From assembly GCF_006345805.1 (NCBI RefSeq), contig NC_043003.1, forward strand, positions 42,160,001 to 42,224,000: a stretch of 64,000 nt of DNA, given 5' to 3'. How positions within the stretch are numbered: the stretch's first letter is position 1; each line of letters starts with the position of its first letter. Both the position numbers and the translations under genes were made by a program. The notes beneath the pieces are model-generated. The model searched no databases, was not told where the DNA came from, and saw only the letters and a program-made list of their open reading frames with translations. Below, piece after piece: positions 28,281 to 42,665 of the stretch. This stretch comes from Octopus sinensis (lineage: Eukaryota).

Positions 28281-28880
28281 CCGTCCATTTTAAATCATCC
28301 CATTACAAGGACAGCCTTAATAATATGCAAACACAACGCACGTTATGAAACTGCAGTGTCTTTGAAAATCTTAACCTAACGTGTTTTTTTCTGTCATTTC
28401 TATGATCACTGACTTCCAATGAACATGGAAATTGAAAGGAAAATAGGATTAGCAATGCAGAATTCTATGTCAGAGCAAGAGTTTCCAGAAACCAACTATT
28501 TCTTCATGCCAAGGATGTTGCCGTATATGTGTCTGTGTGCATGTATGTATCTATGTGCACGTACGTTCTTTTTTGTGTGTGTGCGTGTGTGTGTGTGTAT
28601 GTGTGTGTGTGTCAGCGGCTTCAAGTGCATTGATGCAAGTCATGAAATTCATACCTATAACGTAGAAAAATGAATGCATGTAACAGATCAGATTTTAATA
28701 TGAAATCCTTCGCTTGTATGAGAGACAGCTGGAAAACGGGTTTGAAGATGCATATACTGCAACTTATTTCAATTATATGGGCTTGATTTTTTAAAATGCA
28801 TGCTGGGATTTAATTACCAGGGGGCATCTCTCTCTCTCGGTCTCTCTCCCTCTCTCTCTCTCATTATATATATATACACG

Positions 28881-28924
<44 letters not shown>

Positions 28925-28941
28925 CAGGCGCGCGTGTGTGT

Positions 28942-29255
28942 GGAGGCGCAATGGTCCAGTGGTTAGGGCAGCGGACACGCGGTCGTAGGATCGCAGTTTC
29001 GATTCCCAGACCGGGCGTTGTGAGTGTTTATTGAGCGAAAACACCTAAAGCTGCACGAGGCTCCGGCAGGGGTTGGTAGCAATCCCTGCTCTACTCTTTC
29101 GCCACAACTTTCCCTCACTCTTTCCCGCTCTGTTGGCCCGCTCGCTTAGTCAGCGGGGTGGCGTCATTTGAAGGCTAAAACAATGTGAAGCGCATTGTGA
29201 CCAGCGATGTGTAGCAACATCTGATAGACTGGTCGTTCATGGTGATCGCGGTGAT
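28942..29255 (+). mobile_element. tRNA-derived SINE, family C
   Basis: A-box-like TGGTCCAGTGGTTAG, B-box-like GTTTCGATTCCC, a distinct body and tail. Confidence 0.8.
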
Positions 29256-29307
29256 ATATATTTATATATGTAGACAGATACACACACACTCATACACACA
29301 CACACAC

Positions 29308-29355
<48 letters not shown>

Positions 29356-29359
29356 CATG

Positions 29360-29522
29360 CGCTTTCACATAGTTTCTGTCGACAAGATTCAGTGAGAATG
29401 TATTTGTCGGTCCGTGGATGTATTTGAAAATACTTGCCGAACGTGCTGCGCATAGAGACTGAAACCGAAACCACGTTGTTGCAAGGCAAGTTTCTTAAGC
29501 ACAGTCATACCTGCCCTTATCG
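29360..29522 (-). mobile_element. SINE family A head, degenerate
   Basis: Reverse complement of the family A head and body. Confidence 0.6.
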
Positions 29523-29864
29523 GAGTGTGTGTGTGTGGGGGGGGGGGGGTATGTATGTATGTATGTATTAATGTATGTATGTATGTATGTATGTATGTAT
29601 GTATGTATGTATGTATGGACATATGTATGTATAATGTATACATGTATGTAGTTACGAATAAATGCGCTTACATTTACGTTCATAACGTATCTACATACAT
29701 AACACTCGCATTCATGACATCTATAGATATACAGCCATTATAACGTACATACACACACACATATTCACACGTACATATTTGCACACATACACACAAACAA
29801 ACAAGTACGCACACAAATACACACACAAGCAAACAAGCAAACAATTACAGAGACACGCATTTAT

Positions 29865-29945
29865 TTTGACTGTTCCAGAACAACCATCTGGAAGAACTTA
29901 TTCTTGGAGTAGAGCAGACACTAGTTTAATCAAGACAATAACAAC
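29865..29945 (+). pseudogene. Possible CR1-type LINE C-terminal relic
   Basis: TVPEQPSGRTYSWSRADTSLI resembles the PDQP..PGY..NSL end also seen near 60230. Confidence 0.3.
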
Positions 29946-30221
29946 AGAACTGGACCCTAGGATATAACGCAGATGAACATATGTAAACCATTGGATAGCG
30001 AACCTTCAGGGAAATACTCTAGATTGACGTTGGTCGTGGCGGTTTATAACAAAGTTAAATCTGAGAGCAATGTTCTGTGGTGCTAAGCCTATTGGCGAAA
30101 TCATGGTTGTTAATTATAGTCGGGTCTGCTACATTGTTTTAGTGAAAAAGCTTGGTACAAGCGAATTACCTAATAAAATGTAGGGGTGATGTATCAGTAT
30201 ATATATATATGGGCAGAGAAC

Positions 30222-30705
30222 GAGACAGAGAATGATACTAGGTGGGAGAGAGGGGGAGTTAGAGAGTAAGGTAAGAGAGAGACAGGAAGAGAGAGGTAGA
30301 GGTAGAGGGAGGGGTAGGGGACAGAGAAAAAGTGAGAGAGAGAGGCAGGGAGCAAGTCGAAGAGAGAGAAAGCGAGAGAAAGAGAAAGGGGAGAGATGGG
30401 TTAGGGGAGAGAGAAAGTGAGAGAGAGACAGAAAGACAGAGAGAAAGAGAGAGAGAAGGATAGAGAATGAGAGAGAGAGAGGGTAAGAGAGAGAGATTTA
30501 GAGAGTGAGAAGGTGAGAGAGAGAAAGAGACAGAAAGAGAGAGGGAGAGAGAGAAGGGTAGGGAAGAGAGAGAAGGGTAGGGAAGAGAGAGAGGGTAGGG
30601 AAGAGAGAGAAGGGTAGGGAAGAGAGAGAAGGTGAGAGATAGAGAGAGAGAGAAGGAGAGAGAGAATGAAAGAGAGAGAGAGAAGGAGAAAGAGAGAGAG
30701 AAACT
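30222..30705. repeat. Polypurine (GA-rich) tract with a 19-nt minisatellite
   Basis: AGAGAGAGAAGGGTAGGGA repeated about 4 times at 30546-30630. Confidence 0.85.
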
Positions 30706-30744
30706 AAAGTAGAATTTTATGATTCTGTTAAAAGAAAAATGGCA

Positions 30745-30915
30745 GCCAGCAAATTTGAAGGTTGGGAAACATTACATCGACCTCGGAGCTCAAATGGTAC
30801 TTATTTTTGAACCCCGAAAGGATTAAAGGTGAAGCCGACTTCGGTGGAATTTGAACTCATTACATAAGAATGGACGAAATGCTGGCAAGCATTTTGCCTG
30901 GCATACCAACGATTT
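30745..30915 (-). mobile_element. SINE family B, degenerate
   Basis: ACCCCGAAAGGATTAAAGGTGAAGCCGACTTCGGTGGAATTTGAACTCA. Confidence 0.75.
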
Positions 30916-31723
30916 TTCTGTTTTCCAGAGAATATAGATTTCTTCTTGGAGCGTCAATTGTATTGCTATGGTTATTAGTTATACTACTGCTACTAATAGA
31001 AGCACTGATGATGATGATAATAATGATGATATGATGATAATGATGATGATGACGACGATGACGACGACGATGTCAATCGTGATGATGGTAGTGGAGTTGG
31101 CGGTCGTGGTGCTGGTAAAACTGATGATAAAGATGTTGGTTTCATGTGTATCTGGCGGCGCTCCTCTGACTGAAAATCCGGGTTATCAGTTGTCACTATC
31201 CTGTTTGTAGATGGAATTTATCCAGTGCAGGAGTGTACTTGAATGATTGCAGGCTAAAGTTTCTTGCACGCAAACAAAGGAGGAATGGTATTTCCTGTCT
31301 TGAGTTCAGGGTGTTGGTTGTACCTAAGGTTGTACAAGCTTTCGTATAATGAATCGCATATAGAAACTTACAACAAAAAAAATTTTTAAGAAAGACTTCG
31401 AAAATATTATATTTGGTGATGATGATTTTATCATTTATAACTTAGTTCCTATAATCATCGTTGCCAACTGCAATACGTGACAATAATTCAACACTAAGTA
31501 CAGAAAATGACATCGAGAAATCTAGAGAAGGTCATCGACTTCAAAGCCTTATTTTCCCAAACATAGAAGACTCATAATGAAATGCATAGATACATATATA
31601 CTCACATATGTATTCGTACGAAAATACATATATACATACATACATAGATACATATATATATATATATATACATATATACATACATACACGCACACACACA
31701 CATATATATATATATATTTATTA

Positions 31724-32075
31724 GCTGCGGACATGCTGGATACCGCCTTGAGCAATTTGCTTTAATTGAATGAATCATCTTAGAATTTAAATTTACACAC
31801 CAGCACCGGTTGTCAAGTGGTGGTATGGGACATACACACAGGCACGCACAAACGCACACGCATAAACACACACGCACGAACATACACGCGCACACACACA
31901 CATATTCATACATACATATAGAACGGGCATCTTTCAGTTACCGCCTACTGGATCCACTCACAAATTTTTGGTCGGCATGAGGCTATAAGTAAAAGACACT
32001 TATCCAAGCTGCGATGCAGTGGCACTGAACCCAGAACCATGTAGTTGGGAAGCAAGCTCCTTACCGCATTGTCAC
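31724..32075 (-). mobile_element. SINE family A
   Basis: Reverse complement of head (GCACTGAACCCAGAACCATGT), internal CA tract and tail. Confidence 0.8.
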
Positions 32076-32597
32076 GACTTATATATATATACATATAATT
32101 TGCTTCATTTTCATTATGTGTCACGTGCCACAGTTCCCAAATATCAACTGAAAATAAGATTCTCAGCAAAAAGAGAAATAAACTCCTGAACCAAGAATTT
32201 TCCATAGTCGATATGGTACTCATGAAAAGAAAAGGATTATTGTCTAGATATAAGACGACCGTTGTTCACAAAAGTTTCTGCCTCAATATGCGTCAACAGT
32301 GCGTCAATTGTCCTAATCTATCTGCAGTAGATAAGAGGCGCTAACATATACAGAAGAGTAGAAGACACATATGGCTTCTGTAAGTTTCACAGCTTAAACA
32401 AAACTGAGGTCAGTGACATAACTCAGAGTCGCCAATGAAATGTATGTGAGCACCATAGTCAATACAGGATGCAGGTAATTGAGAACAGTTCCACGTGAGA
32501 AGGGGAGATAATCTCAAAAATCAAGAAATCTACCCTACATACATACATACATACATACATACATACATACATACATGCATATATGCATACATACAAA

Positions 32598-32777
32598 CGG
32601 ACGTATGTTGAAAAGTCCTGACTTGAAAGATATCATGAAAGGCCTGGTTGGAGGCCCAAACCTACAAGTTGTTTTACAGTTCGAAAAACTGATGGTCGAG
32701 TGCAATATGTGTGTGAATCTGGATCCTCCAGCCTTTTCTTTTACCCAAAGCTTGGACTCTTTCAGTATCCTCGCGTA
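32598..32777. mobile_element. Mariner-derived MITE
   Basis: Degenerate TIRs GTTGAAAAGTCCTGACTT / AAAGCTTGGACTCTTTCAG around a transposase C-terminal remnant (EKL..ECNMCVNL). Confidence 0.55.
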
Positions 32778-32803
32778 TTTATATATATATATATATATAT
32801 ATA

Positions 32804-33157
32804 ACTCTGTGAGAGTTTCAGTTCGAATGGCCCGTGTCTCGAATGGGCGGGAGAATTTCTATTTTGGATATATTTGTGGTACTTAATTGTGCTCATGACT
32901 TAGTGTTTGCTTCTTCCATGTGTGTAAGTAAGTATTTCATTTATTTCTTTGCCGCATTTATCACTGACGAAGGGAAGGTTCTTATGAACTAACTCTGAAA
33001 TCAGGTCCGATATGGTAATAACGGAAATTTTTAGAAATTTCTGTCGGCTTTCTTCGAGTAACGTGCTTATTGTGATAAATTATATGGTTATAGACAATGC
33101 GTCTAGTTTCGGTATATTTGGCATTATAAATTTTTTCTTTTGCCCTTGTTTATAAGT
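32804..33157 (+). mobile_element. T-rich cassette in (TA)n, probable Penelope-like pLTR/retrozyme fragment
   Basis: About 354 bp with (TA)n on both sides; carries a hammerhead core. Confidence 0.6.
32951..33023 (+). ncRNA. Type I minimal hammerhead ribozyme-like motif
   Basis: CTGACGA (32964-32970), stem II AGGG-AA-GGTTC-TTAT-GAACT-AA-CTCT, GAAA (32997-33000), GTC triplet (33005-33007), imperfect stem I. Confidence 0.65.
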
Positions 33158-33199
<42 letters not shown>

Positions 33200-33656
33200 T
33201 AAATCTATCTATTTATAACTGTGTTTCCGTGATACAAATTTTTCAATTTCTCCTTTTTGTAGATCGTTCCATACTGTTTTAATGTATTCTTACCCAGTAA
33301 TGACTGCATAACCAATAATTCTAGCGTAGGGAGTTTTAACAAAAGATACTTTTGGATCCCTTTAACATTCGTTTCTTACTTCTAGTTTATAGCTGTTATG
33401 TAAGTTAATAAGTTCTTTCGTGCTAATGTTGATGACGGTGAAGGTGGTAGTGGCAAACATGATGATGATGATGATGATGATAAAAAAAGGGGGAGAATGT
33501 GATGGAGACGTTTATAATGATGATGGTAAAGTGAAGTTTATTGCCAGTATAGATTATGACAGCGATTATGATGCTAATGCCTGCTTTTCAAAGATAAGCT
33601 GCAGATCCAAGTTCACATTCTTCTTATGTTTATATATGGTTATCTCAAAGCGTGTG

Positions 33657-33715
<59 letters not shown>

Positions 33716-33723
33716 ATATATAT

Positions 33724-33754
<31 letters not shown>

Positions 33755-34698
33755 TATGTATAATAAGCAACTCAGCCGATGTCAAGGAAAAGACAGATAG
33801 CGCTCTGCGATTTTGTTTTGGGTACACAGAAAACATAAAATCATAGTACGGTTTAGAAAGAGACCTATTTTATTTCAGAGCAAAATACAGCGTGGGATGG
33901 AGGAAGAGAGAGAGAGAGTGAGTGATTGAGTGAGTGAGAGAGAAAGAGAGACAGACCGATAGACAGAGGGAGACAGACAAAGCAAGTGAGAGATGGGAAA
34001 GAGAAAACGTACAAAGGGTGAAGTAAACGATAGAGGCAAGGAGCGAAAAATTTAGAGATTGCACGCGAGAAGAAAGTATGGCAGATGTATAAATCATAAG
34101 AAAACTCAGAAAGATAGAAGATAATTCTGACATCAGCGGGATTTGAAATCAATTTTAATTATTACAAAACATTTTATCTTATGCTATTCTGCTTTTGCCA
34201 TAGAAAACAACACCAGTATGAACATACAAAGCTATAATTAACAGTCACTATTACTATACAGAATGCTTTATAATCTATTCCCTATTCAACAGTACATTGT
34301 TCCCACCGTGAACTGTTATATGTGAGGTTTTCTTATTACAAATGTTTGCTAGTACCTCTTTCGCTATCCCTTTTCCACTACTCATGTTTTCTAGCCCTTT
34401 TCCTTTATTCGGGATAGGAGTGATGTGTTTACTCCACAGGACTCAATATAGCCGATTCGAAGCGAAAGGGAATAGTGGCGGTGGTTGTGGGGCAAATTTA
34501 ATACTTGACTGTTATTTAACTTCTCGCCGTTCGAAATTATCGAAGACGAAGCTGACCTCGGTAAGATTTGAACTCAGAAAGCAGAGAACTGGAACAAATA
34601 TTACAAAGCTTGATCTCCGCTATTCTCGCATTTCTTCAGGTTCGCTACCTGCTATTCAAACTACTCCGCTCTGATAAACTTTATCCGAATAACAGGAT

Positions 34699-34723
34699 AA
34701 CAACAACAACAACAACAACAACA

Positions 34724-34761
<38 letters not shown>

Positions 34762-34785
34762 GACTACTACTACTACTACTACTAC

Positions 34786-34819
<34 letters not shown>

Positions 34820-34850
34820 GTTGCTGCTGCTACTACTACTACTACTACTA
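34699..34850. repeat. Compound (AAC)n/(ACT)n/(AAT)n microsatellite
   Basis: Direct reading. Confidence 0.95.
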
Positions 34851-36349
34851 TTACACGAACAATGACATGAACATCAACAACCATAGACTTCACAAGATAA
34901 ATGGTTCGACTTCGACCACATCTGTTCAACATCTGTAGAGTGTGCGTACATGTGTGTGTGTGTGCGTGTGTGTGTGTGCATGCGTGTTACACTTGTTCTT
35001 TTGCAAATTTGCTTTGTTTGCTTATTAATTACTTTTTTTAAATGATTCTTTCCTCTCATCCTCAACCTCCTCCTCCTCCTCCTCCTCCACTTCCCAATGC
35101 TGCCCATACTTATACCTCTTACCCTTCCCTTACACGCTTCAGAATTCCAAAACTCACACCCAAACCTTCGGTGAAAACTCATTACATTATTTCTTTTTCG
35201 CTCACTTTCTCATTTGTTTCTTCTCTGTTCTACTTTTTCTCTTCGTTCAAACAAACTTCCATATTTATATTTCTTTTTTCTTTTCATTCTCTCTTTCTTT
35301 CTTTCTTTCTTTCGTTTTCTCTATTGGTTGTAATCAGGATTGAAACCCTCATTTCTTTCTCATTCTCACTCCCTCCCACCAACCAACATTTTTGTGCCCC
35401 TCCCACCTTCATGCTCTCTCTAACCCCACATCGCTCTCACTTTCCTACTCACAACACGCTCCTTTTTACATCGTCGCCTCCCACCCTAAACGTTTCCTTT
35501 CATTTTTCTTCTCGTCGTTCCATGTTTCTACTTCCGTTGCTGATGACTTCTCGAGCCCAGAATTCTTGAAGATTCTAAGAAAGAAGGCAAATATTGTTAA
35601 AGCATAAAAATTCCAGCGATTGTGCAACAGGGACAAAATTCGCTTTGCGATCATATTTATTCTTCATTTTCTTTTTACTTCATGTCATTTGTTATTTCTT
35701 TTCCTGTTTCTTTTCGCCTTGTTTCATTTAGTTTTGGCAGTGTTGCTTTCTAAGCGGTGGTGTGTAGCAACATAGGATGATGGCTGTGTTGGGAAGCTAG
35801 CAGGAGGTTATACTAAGTGTTTGAACAACGCTGTGAGCAGTGATGTTAAAGTGATCCCATGGTCAAATATTATTGATTTCCAACATATGGTCAAGTCAAA
35901 GAAATTTTGTGAGTAGAATACAATTCATTAATTCTACAGCAGATCCTGACCGTTTCTTTAATTTTAGAACAAAATCGACAATCGGTGGATTAGATGATAT
36001 TACAAAAAGTAAACTAACATAAGAAAATAAAACAGAAAAGAAATCAAACCAACAAAATCCTTTATGTTGCATCTTTTATTTGTTTCAGCTATTGGACTGC
36101 GGCCATGCTGGGGCCCTATTTAATGATCGTAAGCGAAAAATCGACTCAGTTCTGATATTTCATTTTAAGTCTGGTATTTAATCAAGTGAACCCCAATTGC
36201 CAAACCACATTGTTACGCGGATGTAAACAAACCAACAGGGATTTGTCAAGCGCTCGAGTTGACTAACATAAAGGCATACGCACTCTGTCTCTCTGTCTAT
36301 CTGTCGCTCTCACTCCCACACACATAGCAGCAGCAACACACGCACGTGT

Positions 36350-36386
<37 letters not shown>

Positions 36387-36569
36387 ATAGAATTATGTTG
36401 CAAATAGAAAATAGAAACTACACGTGAAAATATAAGGGGAAAATAAGAAGAAAAATAAGCGAAAATGCACATTGGAAATCAAAAAAATTAAAGGCTTTTT
36501 ATGAAAAGTAACGATAGATATATACAATTAGATGAACTGAGGTAGGAATAAAAGTAATAAAAGTCATAT

Positions 36570-36671
<102 letters not shown>

Positions 36672-36883
36672 CATTTGCCGAAGGTATTCAGGGAGAGTCC
36701 GAAACGCACGGTTGCAAAGCGAGCTTCTTTACCCCGATAAAGGATTTCCACTTTTTTTTTCCATTTTGTTCTTGTTTCTTATAGAAACATTAAAATTAGA
36801 AGAATTAAGTAGCAGCAAAAGATAATTCTTTAATGAAATAAACAATGATTTTAAAATTAGTATACAAAGTCCAAAGATTCAAG

Positions 36884-37312
36884 ATCAATAAAGATTAAGT
36901 ACCAATCAAGAAGTGCAGTCAATATAATTGATTAACACCGCCCCACAATTCTGGTCTTACACCTCAGTTAGAAATGCAATTCTCCACTATCTATATAGTA
37001 TCTATTGTATCGACCCCTAAATTATGAATGACAACATTTATGTTAGGGCAGTGTTCGGTCATAGAGATTGAAGGTACTTGTAATTACTAAACATTAGGAT
37101 AGCGTAGAATCAAGTCGATTGTCATGTTCCAAAGCTCTTAAATATTAATACTAAGGGACTTCATAACCTACAGACGAAAATATATTACTGATCAAAAATA
37201 GCTATAATGATAACTATTGCATTTCTAACTGAGGTGTAAGACCAGAATTGTGGGGCGGTGTTAATCAATTATATTGACTGCACTTCTTGATTGCTACTTA
37301 ATCTTTATTGAT
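36884..37312. repeat. 97-bp inverted repeat with 235-bp spacer
   Basis: 36884-36980 is the reverse complement of 37216-37312 with one mismatch found. Confidence 0.92.
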
Positions 37313-38364
37313 TAAACTCAAAGTAATCTTCGGAAGTATTTGAACTCAGATATTAAAGGATAATAACAAAAAACAGGCCGGTTTTGTTCGACATTTTTAC
37401 GATTCTGCCAATCTACAATTCAAATGTTTATGGCTTCTTGTACAAGCATAAGTGGACAAATCCAGGGAAAGAAATCTGTTAATTAAATCAGCCTCAACAC
37501 ATGATAAAGACTTCATATTATCAACACCGAAAAAGTAAAATCAAAGAACTCAGCTTTATCTGAACTCAGTAAGTAAAAATCCAGGAACATGTACTACTAT
37601 GGACGCACCAAAGATTCGACCAATCCACTGCGAGTTCAAACATTGTATTACTATATTAGGTCAATATAAAGAAGTAGACTGGCAGATTCAGTAGATAGTT
37701 GGGAAAATTCCCTGGCAGTATTTCTTTCCGCTCTTTACATTCAAATCCCGATGTGGACAACTTTACCTTCCATTCTCTCATTGACAATAACATAAAATAC
37801 GCATCAAATCCCGAGGTAGATGGTGTCGTCTTACTGTTTCTCTGCTACGTTACCAACTACGTGCCTCACCTAGTAAGAATTATAGGAGGATACTGCAGTC
37901 CTAATCAGAGTGTTCCGAAAATATTTGACAGGATAGACACAGCTGGAGAGATGATGTTTTCGTCGAAGGATACGAAACATCAACTTTTACGTATGGTTAT
38001 ATCTTTGTTGCCTATAAATAAATATAAGAATTTATACCCGTCTGTATCGTGTATATTCAGTCGCGTTATGGAATTAGGCCCTTGAAGAATTTGTTCACTT
38101 TGTTAACTAGGAAAGATGTAACTTTTTTTTCAGAATAATCAATGAAAGCAACGATTCCATAAATATCATCCAGACATTCTGACATTCCCGACATTTTTCT
38201 GAATGTTTACTGTTTGGTTTGATTAATTGGGTGAACCACAACAGCTGTCGACAGTTTTTTTCATATCCTCTGATGCTCGAACATTCGTTACTGTTTTCAC
38301 AGGGGAAGCAAGCAGACACCGTAATTTTTATAAGAGTTTTTAAACAAAACACTCACACACGCAC

Positions 38365-38421
<57 letters not shown>

Positions 38422-39210
38422 ACACACACACACACACCACACACACACACAAATAGATTTTGCGATGTTATCCCTTTATTTTTCGAAAGGAAAATTTGTC
38501 CTGTGCGCAGAATAAAATGAACGTGAATTTAAGTCGTTTCCAACTCGATCAACTCACTCCGAATCCATGAATTCACCTCTTGATCTACGTTGTAATTTCA
38601 TTTCGTCCACTACATCACAATTTTATTTCTTCGACTATGTTATAAGTGAACATCTACACTCTAGGTTCACATATCATAAGCTCAGTATTGCCCCAAGTCA
38701 ACATTTCAAGATTTTCTCTATGTCAAAAGCTTAGCGTTTTGCGCTTCAAATAATGGAAATTCGTTTCAAAAATATGCAAACATTAATTTATAACTTAAGC
38801 ACTAGCTCAGAGTAGACACAATAGGGGTAAACGGTTAAGAAATCCACTTCACTTCGGGTTGACCCATAACCTGTGAGTGAAATGGGATTATATAGATTGT
38901 ATGGAAGCCCGCCGAGTGGACTTTATTTTTAAAGAAACAGCTAATTCTCCGGAAATTTTAGGTTGACTGTGCGCATGCCTATGGAATAGTCAATATTTTA
39001 CGCTTGAATTAAAGAGCAGGTTATTCAGTTGACAGAACAGTTGGGTCCTAATCAACAGATATCCACCACAGTAAACTCACAAAATAATACTGAAAGAGCT
39101 TATTCAACTAGATTCACTCATCTAATCTTTCTCATACTGTATTTCCCGTTTCTTCTCTTTTTTTTTTCTTTTTGAGAGTAATGTAAAAAAGATGGGATTT
39201 TTCTGAAACG

Positions 39211-39211
39211 G

Positions 39212-39244
<33 letters not shown>

Positions 39245-39360
39245 CAACAGCAGCAGCAGAAGCAGTAGCAGTGGTTGTGGTGGTGGTGGTAGCGGTGGTG
39301 GTGATGGCGGTGGTGATGGCGGTGGTGATGGTAGTGGTAGTAGTAGCAGTAGTCGTTGTT
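39211..39360. repeat. (GTA)n/(GCA)n/(GTG)n trinucleotide block
   Basis: Direct reading. Confidence 0.85.
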
Positions 39361-40261
39361 GTATAATTGTTGATGTAGAGGGAGGGGAGGATAAAGGGGG
39401 AGCCATTGGAAGGTGAAGAGTAATATATATATATATAGAGTAATATATATATATATATATATATATATAGGGACATATCTTCCTATATATTTAAGAATGT
39501 ATTATTAAAACTTATTCGACGACATTTGTAATAATTTGCAAATAGTTTACAATAATTTACCGAAAGTTTGAATAAAAATTTACCTGATAGAAAGCAAAAC
39601 ACATATTCCGAACGGAAAAAATTCTTCAGATCTCACAGAGACGTCTTGAAAGCATTGGAAATTTTAGGAATCAATATAACATTTTAGAAGATAGATGAAA
39701 TAAAGCTATGGTGAGTGAACTAGGTAATGTCGGATCGATAAATTCGTCTACATTAAGGGTATATAATTGATAAGGTTAAGGCATACCATGTGAAAATGTT
39801 TTTAGTTATAATTGGTTAAAACTAATATTTCTTCGTGTTATAACTGCTAAATTTTTTTGTCACTTATTCTGTAGAGTGGTCTTTTTTTCTCATCTAATTT
39901 GTACGTGGTAAACTTATTGAAATACAGACACGCACATACAGAGGTGTGTGTGTGTATATATATATATACATACATACATACATATATACATACGTCGATA
40001 TATATACATAGCATCTTCATGTTCATACATTCTGTACGTGACTTTCTGTGTGTGCATATAATTGTATGCAAGCGTTTCTCTGTGCGTGCATTTCTGTACA
40101 AATATTACATTAATATACGAGAGGATGATGATAATGATGATGATGACGATGATGATGATAGCTACATATTGTGTGATTCCATTGGTAATTTAGGTTATTT
40201 ATTATATGACATAGGTGATATTAACATGCTGCACACACACGCACATACACACACACACACA

Positions 40262-40294
<33 letters not shown>

Positions 40295-40712
40295 GGCGCA
40301 GGTGTGACTGTGTGGTACGAAGCTTGCTCCCCAACAAAATGGTTCCGAGTTCAGTCCCACTCCGTAGCACCTGGGACAACTGTCTTCTACCATAGCCTCG
40401 GGTCGACCAAAGCCTTGTGAGTGGATTTGGTGGACGGAAATTAGAAGAAGCCCGTCGTATATATATATTCATTTATTTATTTATATACATGTATTAATGT
40501 ATGTGTTTGTATTTGTCCGCCTGCCATCGCTTGACAACCGATACTGGTGTGTTTATGTTTCCTGTAACTTAGCAGTTCGGCAAAAGAAGCCGATAGAATA
40601 AATACTAGGCTTACAAAGAATAAGTACTGAGGTCGATTCCTTCGACTAACACCTATTAATGCGGTGCTTTGGCATTGCTGCAGACAAGTAACTAAAATAA
40701 GGAAAATAATAA
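40295..40712 (+). mobile_element. SINE family A, full length
   Basis: Head GGCGCAGGTGTGACTGTGTGG, GAGTTCAGTCCC, matching body and tail. Confidence 0.9.
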
Positions 40713-40748
40713 AAGAAAGAATATCTATCTATTATCTATCTATCTATC

Positions 40749-40790
<42 letters not shown>

Positions 40791-40801
40791 ATATATTATA
40801 T

Positions 40802-40901
<100 letters not shown>

Positions 40902-42665
40902 ACATACATATATATATATATATATGTATGTTTGTGCGTGTATAGAGAGAGCGAACAGTCAGATTCATCCTCGTTTCAACATACTTTTCTCTCTCTCACA
41001 CACTCACTAACTCTCCTTCTCATTCATTCTATCTTTACATATATACATTCATACATACATACAAATAGACAGACAGACAGACAGACAGACAGGCATACAT
41101 ATGTTTTGCACAAAGAGTTTTTATTATTTTTTTTTTTTAAGTGCATGGCATAAAAACCACTGAGTTAGAAATTTGGTAATCATTACGCAATTGGCACTGA
41201 AACACGCATAAGGATGTTATTAGCTAATAATTTCAATTTCACACTTCGTTCTTCTGTCTTTCGATATATATATATATATATGTATATGAAAATGAGAAAG
41301 AGAAAGGGAAGGAGAGTGAGATAGCGAGAGAGAGAGAAAAATATCCTTCTTCTAACATGATATTCGATAGATGTATATACTGCATAGTGGTACTTAATTT
41401 TAAAGCATAGAGCTGTAAATATTAATAATACAAAAAACAAAAATTGACGATGGTGCAGACTACCATAATTTGAATTTGGGATGTTCGTTCTCTTTCATTT
41501 ATTAGTCATCTATTTTACTTGCTCATATTAATCATTTGTCTGTTATTGCTGAACTACAAGTTCGATCACAGAAAGCAGAAATATGTCACGTTTATAAATG
41601 AATTTATATATTTATTTTCCATATTCATAAAAACATTCGCATATTTATTTAAGACATTAGTGCGTACGCTAATAATGATGATTTGGCACCTATTTCTAAC
41701 AAATCAAGTGATTGCTTAAAATACACTGTTTTCCAGTTGTAATGTCAACGAGGAACTGCTCAATGTCATCGGTTGCTTTATCAGAAATAGCAACCTAAAA
41801 AGCATCGGATCAATCTCTTAATTTCTTAGGAGAGAATACATATTAAATAATGTACTCTCATATTTCTCAAAAAAGAAAGATCGCTCGAGAATAACAGGGC
41901 GCTCATTAACTATCTTTGCAACTTCCACGAATGATTGCATTGTATCGTCTAAATGTTCTGCATGCAACAAGTGGAACGAATATGAAAGTGTTTTAATGTT
42001 TCTAATAAGACTTTTTTCATTTGCTGAATTATCCTTATTTTTCATTTCGATATCGGTGGCTGGTGGAAAGAATTTTTACAATTGTAAATGTAAATTTACA
42101 GGCACTCTACACTTGTTCTCTACGAGAGGTCGATTTGTTAGACTATAAGAGCAACGCTTTTCATTATCGAGCGCGGTAAAGAGAACGCTATGAATTGGTT
42201 AATGAACCAAAGTGACAAGAAATGGCTCTCTGTTTACCAAGTTTATTTATCTAACAACTAGGTTTATTTTAACCATAGCCGTCACTCGTAACTGAGTAGA
42301 ATGTGGTGACATTGCTGCTATGCTTTCACTAATTCTTGTAAGAGCATCTGAAGTTTCGAGCAGACGTAGTTAAACTACAGGTCCTGTTACGCTTAGCTCA
42401 GCGGTAAATTCAGGATGTGGAGGCTAGGCATATAGAGGTTATAACGATTTAGCTGAAATTCATTCAGCCGAGTAAAGTAGGAGAATGGAAAATGAAGAAC
42501 TATTCCTAAGGTTTCAACAAGTCATCTGCTCCATGGGGCGCACTCAAGAACATGCGATAGTTACAGTCCGCAACTATTCATTGATAATTATGAACTTCAC
42601 CATATAAGATTGAGTAGTAACGTTTCTGTTACTTCTTTTATTCATCTGATATATTTAGCAATATA

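Noticed and set aside
28942-29015. tRNA-like heads of SINEs (also 55559 and 61600-61674)
   Set aside because: No complete cloverleaf or T-run terminator; each continues into a SINE body.
37699-38085. 128-aa plus-strand ORF
   Set aside because: Starts within a decayed SINE B; no motif.
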